Assembly: GCA_033762915.1 (NCBI GenBank)
Contig: JANRLD010000060.1
Span: 1-64,000 of the forward strand
Source of the DNA: Meiothermus sp.
Lineage (GTDB): Bacteria; Deinococcota; Deinococci; Deinococcales; Thermaceae
Reading direction: 5' to 3'
Length of the DNA stretch: 64,000 nucleotides
The position numbers and the translations under genes are program-made. A model generated the notes under the pieces. It did not search any database and was not told the DNA's origin. It was given only the letters and a program-made list of their open reading frames with translations. Positions 58,260-64,000 of this stretch are shown here, one piece after another. Positions within the stretch are counted from its first letter, which is position 1. Every line of letters starts with the position of its first letter.

Positions 58260-59297
58260 ATGCTGATTATCCTCAAACACGGCGTAGGACAGGCAGAGAT
58301 CGAGGCGGTTCTGGCCGAGGTGCGGCGGGTCGGATACCGCCCACATGTCTCGGAAGGCGAGCACACCACCCTGATCGGGGCCATTGGCAAAGGCCCCACA
58401 CCCGAGCTGCTCGAGCACTTCCGCGCCCTCGCGCCCGTCCGAGAGGTCATCCCCATCTCCAAGCCCTACAAACTGGCCTCGCTCGAGGTCTCCCCCCGGC
58501 CCACCGTGTTGAAGTGGGACACCGGCCAGACCGGCGGCGGCGAGGTGCTGATCGCTGCCGGGCCGTGCGGTGTAGAGTCCGCCGAGCAGACCCTTACCGC
58601 CGCCCATTACGTCAAGCGCTACGGCGCGCAGATGCTGCGCGGCGGAGCCTTCAAGCCCCGCACCTCGCCCTATAGCTTTCAGGGCATGGGCCAGGAGGGA
58701 CTGGAAATCCTCGCCGAGGCCCGCCGTCAGACGGGCCTGCCCGTCGTGACCGAAGTGGTCTCGCCCGAACAGGTCGAGCTGGTTGCCTCCTACGCCGAGG
58801 TGCTCCAGATCGGAGCCCGCAACGCCCAGAACTTCGCCCTGCTGCAAGCTGCTGGCCAGTCGGGACGGGCAGTGATGATCAAGCGCGGCATGAGCATGAC
58901 CCTCGAGGAGTTCCTGATGAGCGCGGAGTATGTGCTGGCCCAGGGCAACATGCGGGTGATCCTGGTCGAGCGTGGCATCCGCACGTTCGAGAAGGCCACC
59001 CGCTTCACCCTGGACGTCTCGGCCGTGCCGGTGCTAAAGAGCCTCACCCACCTTCCCGTCTGGATAGACCCCTCCCATGCGGCGGGCCGGCGCGACTGGG
59101 TGACCTCCCTCACCCTGGCGGGCCTGGCGGCGGGTGCAGATGGCATCATCGTCGAGACCCACCCCACCCCCGAGACCGCCCAGTCCGATGCCGCCCAGCA
59201 GCTCAACGAGCCCCAGTTTGCCGACCTGATGACCCGCGTTAAGGCCTTGCTGCCCGCGCTGGGGCGCCGGCTTACGGGAGCCCTGGAGTTGGCCTGA
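58260..59297 (+). CDS. aroF: DAHP synthase, type I-beta, with an N-terminal regulatory domain
   Basis: IAAGPC, RGGAFKPRTSPYSFQG, QIGARN, ERGIRTFE and DPSHA; SD AAGGAG. Confidence 0.95.
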   Translation: MLIILKHGVGQAEIEAVLAEVRRVGYRPHVSEGEHTTLIGAIGKGPTPELLEHFRALAPVREVIPISKPYKLASLEVSPRPTVLKWDTGQTGGGEVLIAAGPCGVESAEQTLTAAHYVKRYGAQMLRGGAFKPRTSPYSFQGMGQEGLEILAEARRQTGLPVVTEVVSPEQVELVASYAEVLQIGARNAQNFALLQAAGQSGRAVMIKRGMSMTLEEFLMSAEYVLAQGNMRVILVERGIRTFEKATRFTLDVSAVPVLKSLTHLPVWIDPSHAAGRRDWVTSLTLAGLAAGADGIIVETHPTPETAQSDAAQQLNEPQFADLMTRVKALLPALGRRLTGALELA

Positions 59298-59334
59298 GGG
59301 TCTGCCTAGTTGACTCTTCTCCCTTTCTCCTCCG

Positions 59335-60438
59335 CTACCCACGGTCGTAGAGGCGCCGCCAAACCCACTCCGCCGGCCCCAGACCCCGTCTCGAAAGCCA
59401 CCAGCGGCTGAACGCGACCTGGCCGGCCACAACCAGCAGGGCCAGGGGGAAGAACCACAACGGGTGGAGCTGGCCGTACAGCGCGAAGCCATATCCATAG
59501 AAGAGGGTGCTCATCAGCAGGGACTGCGTGAGGTAATTGGTGAGGGGCATGCGGCCGGCCCAGCTTAGGGTCTGAAGCAGGGAGAGACGTTCCCAGAATA
59601 GGCGTAGCAGTGCGGCATAGACCAGCGCGAAGGCCAGCCCGCCCAGGCCGCGCAGGGGCTCGAAGGAGTATTGCAGGTTGACCCAATTGACGGGGATGCC
59701 GACCAGCAGACCGACAGCGACCACGCGCCAGAGGGTTCGGGGGGCGAGGCCCTGCCAGCGCGGGGCCAGCCACATGCCCAGCAGGAACAACCCCACGAAC
59801 TCGGCCCCGAACAGGGCAGCCCCGAACAGGGTGTTGGGTAGCCAGAACTCCAGCCGCTCGCGGCTGACCTCGAGAAAGCTCGGCGCGAGGTAGTCGCCGT
59901 AGGTGAGGCCGGTACCGATGCCGCTCCAGTAGAAGAGCACCATAACCCCCCAGCCCGCAAGCAGGAACTTGGCGACATCCCACAGGCGGTGTTCAATACC
60001 CACGTAGCGCAGGCAGAACAGCCCGACCAGGGCATAAAGGCCCAGGATGTCGCCGTCGAAGAGGAAGGTGCCGTGAAGGAAGCCGATGGCCAGCAGCACC
60101 AACAACCGGTTGCGGAGGATGGCTGTAGGCTCCAGCCCCCGCCGCTGGTAGCTCTGGTACTGCAGGGCCAGCCCCAGGCCAAACAGAAGAGAGAACAGGC
60201 CGTAGAACTTCCCACTGAAGAAGAAGGTGATGAGGTTCTCGGCTAGGGTCACGCCGGGGGCGCCGGAGTGGGTGCTCTGGTAGGCGTGAAGTCCGGCGAA
60301 GTGCTCGAGGTTGACGGCCAGAATGCCAAACAGGGCCAGGCCGCGCAGGGCGTCGAGGAAAGTCTCGCGGGTTTTTGGGGTCTGAGGTAACGGGGAGTTT
60401 TCGCCCTGTAACGATTCGGGAAGCGTTTCGGGCTGCAC
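59335..60438 (-). CDS. DUF418 membrane protein
   Basis: LDALRGLALFGILAVN, KFYGLFSLLFG, GRMPLTNYLTQS and GPAEWVWR. Confidence 0.92.
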   Translation of the reverse strand: MQPETLPESLQGENSPLPQTPKTRETFLDALRGLALFGILAVNLEHFAGLHAYQSTHSGAPGVTLAENLITFFFSGKFYGLFSLLFGLGLALQYQSYQRRGLEPTAILRNRLLVLLAIGFLHGTFLFDGDILGLYALVGLFCLRYVGIEHRLWDVAKFLLAGWGVMVLFYWSGIGTGLTYGDYLAPSFLEVSRERLEFWLPNTLFGAALFGAEFVGLFLLGMWLAPRWQGLAPRTLWRVVAVGLLVGIPVNWVNLQYSFEPLRGLGGLAFALVYAALLRLFWERLSLLQTLSWAGRMPLTNYLTQSLLMSTLFYGYGFALYGQLHPLWFFPLALLVVAGQVAFSRWWLSRRGLGPAEWVWRRLYDRG

Positions 60439-60496
60439 TACGGCATTCTAAAGCCGCTATATTAGAGGCGAGATATCGCCCTGTCGAGCCCCGCCT

Positions 60497-61099
60497 ATGA
60501 CCCTTCCCGCGCCTGACCTGCCGCTGCCGTTCGGGTACAAGTGTACCTGGCTGACCGTCCGCTCTGAGGACGCGCTCGAGGTGGCCAACAGTCTGGGCCT
60601 CGAGGGGCAGTATTTCGCCTCCTGGTGGGAGGGCATCGAGGCTGCCTACGACTTCACCTCGGGCCGGGTTTTCGTGACCCCGCCTATCAAGGGCTGGGTG
60701 CTGGTGGTGAGCAAGCATCTGCCCCACGTCCGCACCGCTACCGACGCGCCCGAGCGGCTGTCGCCCCTGCTGATGCGGCTGGGCCAGCACTTTGAAGAGG
60801 TGCAGTACTTCGGCACCCACCGCACCTCCGACTGGCACGCCTGGGCCAAGGTCTACGAGGGCAGGCTGGCGCGGCGATACTCGGCCATCGGTCCCGAGGT
60901 GATGTGGGACGAGGGCAAGCCCACCGCCGCCGAAAAGTTCCTACGCCTGGAGGTTCGGGCCCCCTTCGAGGAGGACAAATACCCCACCGAGCGCATGGTG
61001 ATGCATGTCGCCGAGCAGTGGAGCGTCAACCCCACCCGCCTGGACGAGATGGATCTGCCCCCCAGCCTAGGAATACTGGGCAAAAGGATGGAGTGGTGA
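60497..61099 (+). CDS. Hypothetical protein
   Basis: 200-aa ORF with host-like codon usage (PFGYKCTW...VQYFGTHR). Confidence 0.75.
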   Translation: MTLPAPDLPLPFGYKCTWLTVRSEDALEVANSLGLEGQYFASWWEGIEAAYDFTSGRVFVTPPIKGWVLVVSKHLPHVRTATDAPERLSPLLMRLGQHFEEVQYFGTHRTSDWHAWAKVYEGRLARRYSAIGPEVMWDEGKPTAAEKFLRLEVRAPFEEDKYPTERMVMHVAEQWSVNPTRLDEMDLPPSLGILGKRMEW

Positions 61100-61295
61100 G
61101 TGGCGGAGATGAGCCGGGCTAGACCCCGTAAGGCAATGGTGCACTGAAAGTAATTTAGCTGCCCGAGCCGGGTCTTGGGCTTTGCCGTTAACCTGGCAGA
61201 AGCACTCCTCCGACCGGGCGCAGGAGGCGGAGCATGGGGTATGGCAGGGTTTTTGGCCTTGCCCGCAACTGGGTCCTGGCCGGTAAAATACCCGC

Positions 61296-61808
61296 ATGAC
61301 CAACCCTGCCCCCGTCCCGGCCTTCTTGCGCGGCAACCTCGAGCAGACCTCCACCCTGGCTTCGGCCTGGATTCGCGGGCTGGAGTCCACCGAAGAGCAG
61401 ATCATGAAGTGGACGACCGGCCTCAGCCCGGAGGGCCTGTGGTGGAGCGCCACACCCGACTCCAACACCATCGGTGGCCTGATCAACCACATCTGGATCA
61501 CCAACCTTCGCCTGCTCCACTTTGCCCAGGGCGTCGCGCTGCCCGCCGAGCTCAACAAGACCGCACCAGAGCAGCTAGCCCCTACGGGCGAGGGCCTGGA
61601 GGACATCCTCCGGAAATTTGTGGCGGCTCAGACCCGGCTCAAGGCCGCCCTCCGCCAGATGAGCCCGGAAGACCTCGAGACCCCCCGCGAGCGCCTTGGG
61701 CAGTGGGTCCCGGCCCTGCACCTCTGCCACAAGCTGGTCGAGCACTCCCACGAGCACGTCGGGCAGATCATCACCCTGCGCAAACTGTGGAACGCCCAGA
61801 AGGCCTGA
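61296..61808 (+). CDS. DinB family protein
   Basis: NTIGGLINHI...HSHEHVGQI metal-binding histidines; TAAAAT before the ATG. Confidence 0.88.
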   Translation: MTNPAPVPAFLRGNLEQTSTLASAWIRGLESTEEQIMKWTTGLSPEGLWWSATPDSNTIGGLINHIWITNLRLLHFAQGVALPAELNKTAPEQLAPTGEGLEDILRKFVAAQTRLKAALRQMSPEDLETPRERLGQWVPALHLCHKLVEHSHEHVGQIITLRKLWNAQKA

Positions 61809-62032
61809 CGCCTCCAAACGCAGCTTCTGTCTCAAGACGGAGTTCCGGCTCCGGACACCCGTGTGGAAGTTGGGGCGGCTGGGACGGGCATGCCGCTGGC
61901 GGTACTGAAGGGGCTAGACTTTGCCCCGGCCCCGCTGGTGTGGTGCTGGTCTTGGCCTTAACCTTGGTGTGATCTGCAAGGAGGCTTACCCCTGTTACTC
62001 GCGCGTTACCGAAAGCTTTCTAGGCTTTGGTC

Positions 62033-64000
62033 ATGAGGATTGACCTAAGCCGCGCCGTGAAAAGTCTGCAACCCGTCTTTGCTGTTCTGGCCCTTATTCT
62101 TGCAGCCTGTGGAAACATTACCCCTCCGGCTCAGCCCAAGATTGCTCGAGTTGAAGTCAGCCCTACAGCCTTGCTATTGACCAAGGCTGGCGAGAGCCAA
62201 ACCCTGAGCGCCAAAGTCTTTGATGATCAGGGCAAAGAACTCACCAGCGCCGTGGTGTGGAGTTCATCCAACCCAGCCGCCGCTACAGTGGACGCCAGCG
62301 GCAAAGTGACCGCCATCAGTAGCCTTGGCTCGGCGCAGATCACCGCGACGGCAGCGGGTGTGAAGGGCAGCATCGTCGTGGTGCTGGCCCAGCCGGTGGC
62401 GGGTGCAGTCCTGGTCACCGATGCCCAGATTGTGGGCGAGCCGCAGCCCCTGAACCCCAGCGCGGCTTTTGGGGTGGGCTTCCAGTACCGCGTTGTCCTC
62501 CAGGGCGTAGCAACGCCCGGCGTCGGCAGCATTCTGCTCTCGAGTGGCGAAAAGCCGGTGGCGGGCCGGGTGGTGGCGGTGAATGGTAGCAGCGTTACCC
62601 TCGAGGTGGTTCCCATTGACTCAGTGTTCGCCCAGCTCAACATCAACGAGACCATCAACCTCGCCGAAGCTCCGCTCGTCACCCCTTCGGCGGTCGCGCA
62701 AAACTTCGACACCCAGCGCTTACCCGATGGGCGCATCAGGCTGACGCAAAAATCAGGCCGGGTTTTGAGTAGCCAGGGAGAAGTCTCGAGCCAGGCCGAG
62801 TTTGGTGCTGGTCCTTTCCAATGCAAGACCGAGGGCAATCTGGTACAGATTCAACTGGCCAAGTCCGAGCTGGCCTTTACGCCCAATCTGGCGCTCGAGA
62901 CGGTCTGGAGTGCCAACCAGAAGAAGATTGTGGTCAAGGGCCAGCCCACGGTATCGCTCGAGGTCACCCCCATCCTGAGCGCTTCGCTCAATGCCAAGGT
63001 CACCTGCAAGCTAACCCTAGCCGAGGTACAGGTGCCTTTTCCTGGCCCGGTGGGCATCTTTTTGGGTGCGGTAATCCCCTTTGGCGCGGGTTTTGAACTC
63101 GAGGGTAAGGCCCCGGTTGCTCAGGTAGGGGCGAAGTTCAAGACGGAAGTCGGGGCCGACTTCCAGATGGGCTTGGCCTGCAATGCGGCGGGCTGTGGCA
63201 AGGTGGAGTCGCTCAAGCCCATCCTCAGTGGCGACGCCACGCCGATCATCCCCAACCTGCAGGCCAACCGCATAGAAGCCAGCTTTTTCGCCTTTTTCTT
63301 CGCCGACCTCGAGGCCGGGGCGCGGCTGGCCAGCCTGAGCAAGTTCCGCATCGGGGCCATCGAAAGTGCAGCGGGGCTAAAACTCGAGGCCAAGCTAGCC
63401 TCCGAAGAAACCCAGGCGGGCGATGCCGCCTATGCCAGCACCTACAAGCTGGCTTTTGAGGCGGTGATCGGAGCAGGAGACGAGTTCGAGTCATTCCTGA
63501 AGATGCTCAAGGTCACGGTGGCCAAACTCGAGCTGAAGCTCACCCAGGACATCGCTTTTTCCCCTACCGCCACCGCGACGGCCGACAAGGCCGAGTTCCG
63601 GGAGGCCGAGGTGGTGAAGTTCAAGGTCAGGCTCGACCCCGTCAAAGCAGAGTTCCCCGTCGTCGGCTACAACGTCGAGTCGGTGCGCATCTACCGCAAG
63701 AGCAGACAACCCGATGGCAGTGTGGTGTTGGTGCTGGTGGCCCAGGGCAACGCCAGTTCCAAGCAGACCGAGTTTGACCTAACCTGGGCGGCGACGCTGA
63801 CCGGAACCGTGAAGGACAACTTTGTGGTGTTTGTGCAGACCCGCCTGCTGCCGGACTTGCGGCTCGAGCTCGGCGACGTCGGGGCTCCGCCGTCCGGCGG
63901 GTTTGCCGGGACCTTTAGCCTGGAGTGGACGGATTCGGAGCAGTTCCCAGTGGCCAATGGAGGCACGTCGCAGCGTTTGGACAAGTTCAAGGTGGTTGGT
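62033..64000 (+). CDS. Large lipoprotein with an N-terminal Ig-like (Big_2) domain; 3' end is outside the window
   Basis: MRIDLSRAVKSLQPVFAVLALILAAC lipobox; VEVSPT...VVWSSSNPAAATVDASGKVTA. The frame appears open to the window end, so it is absent from the ORF track. Confidence 0.85.
   Translation, partial: MRIDLSRAVKSLQPVFAVLALILAACGNITPPAQPKIARVEVSPTALLLTKAGESQTLSAKVFDDQGKELTSAVVWSSSNPAAATVDASGKVTAISSLGSAQITATAAGVKGSIVVVLAQPVAGAVLVTDAQIVGEPQPLNPSAAFGVGFQYRVVLQGVATPGVGSILLSSGEKPVAGRVVAVNGSSVTLEVVPIDSVFAQLNINETINLAEAPLVTPSAVAQNFDTQRLPDGRIRLTQKSGRVLSSQGEVSSQAEFGAGPFQCKTEGNLVQIQLAKSELAFTPNLALETVWSANQKKIVVKGQPTVSLEVTPILSASLNAKVTCKLTLAEVQVPFPGPVGIFLGAVIPFGAGFELEGKAPVAQVGAKFKTEVGADFQMGLACNAAGCGKVESLKPILSGDATPIIPNLQANRIEASFFAFFFADLEAGARLASLSKFRIGAIESAAGLKLEAKLASEETQAGDAAYASTYKLAFEAVIGAGDEFESFLKMLKVTVAKLELKLTQDIAFSPTATATADKAEFREAEVVKFKVRLDPVKAEFPVVGYNVESVRIYRKSRQPDGSVVLVLVAQGNASSKQTEFDLTWAATLTGTVKDNFVVFVQTRLLPDLRLELGDVGAPPSGGFAGTFSLEWTDSEQFPVANGGTSQRLDKFKVVG

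Noticed and set aside
60418..60431. GGGAAGCGTTTCGG resembling the LacI-type box
   Set aside because: It lies inside the DUF418 coding start, is a weaker match, and the gene function is unrelated.

Overview
GC-rich bacterial chromosomal segment, most consistent with a Meiothermus/Calidithermus-type member of Deinococcus-Thermus. This is inferred from gene content, TANNNT boxes directly before start codons and very frequent CTCGAG. Housekeeping genes: nrdJ, gmk, guaA, tatA/tatC, DAHP synthase, malQ. Also present: three dispersed maltodextrin loci sharing a LacI-type box, a complete pqqABCDE cluster (pqqA is missing from the ORF track), a decapitated NiFe-hydrogenase accessory cluster, an FMN riboswitch, an IS630 end, two SPFH systems and several lipoproteins. 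Two signals stand out. (1) A non-coding leader of about 850 nt (7300-8186) starts at a promoter with a palindromic operator and carries two tandem tRNA-like cloverleaves, a free tRNA-Lys(UUU)-type anticodon stem-loop, a further T-arm and many tetraloop hairpins. It leads into a repeat-extended slipin (SPFH) gene and a terminator. (2) An unannotated 27-aa Tyr/Phe-rich leader peptide with a perfect antiterminator/terminator pair lies upstream of DAHP synthase. All family calls come from recognising motifs by eye; no database search was run.
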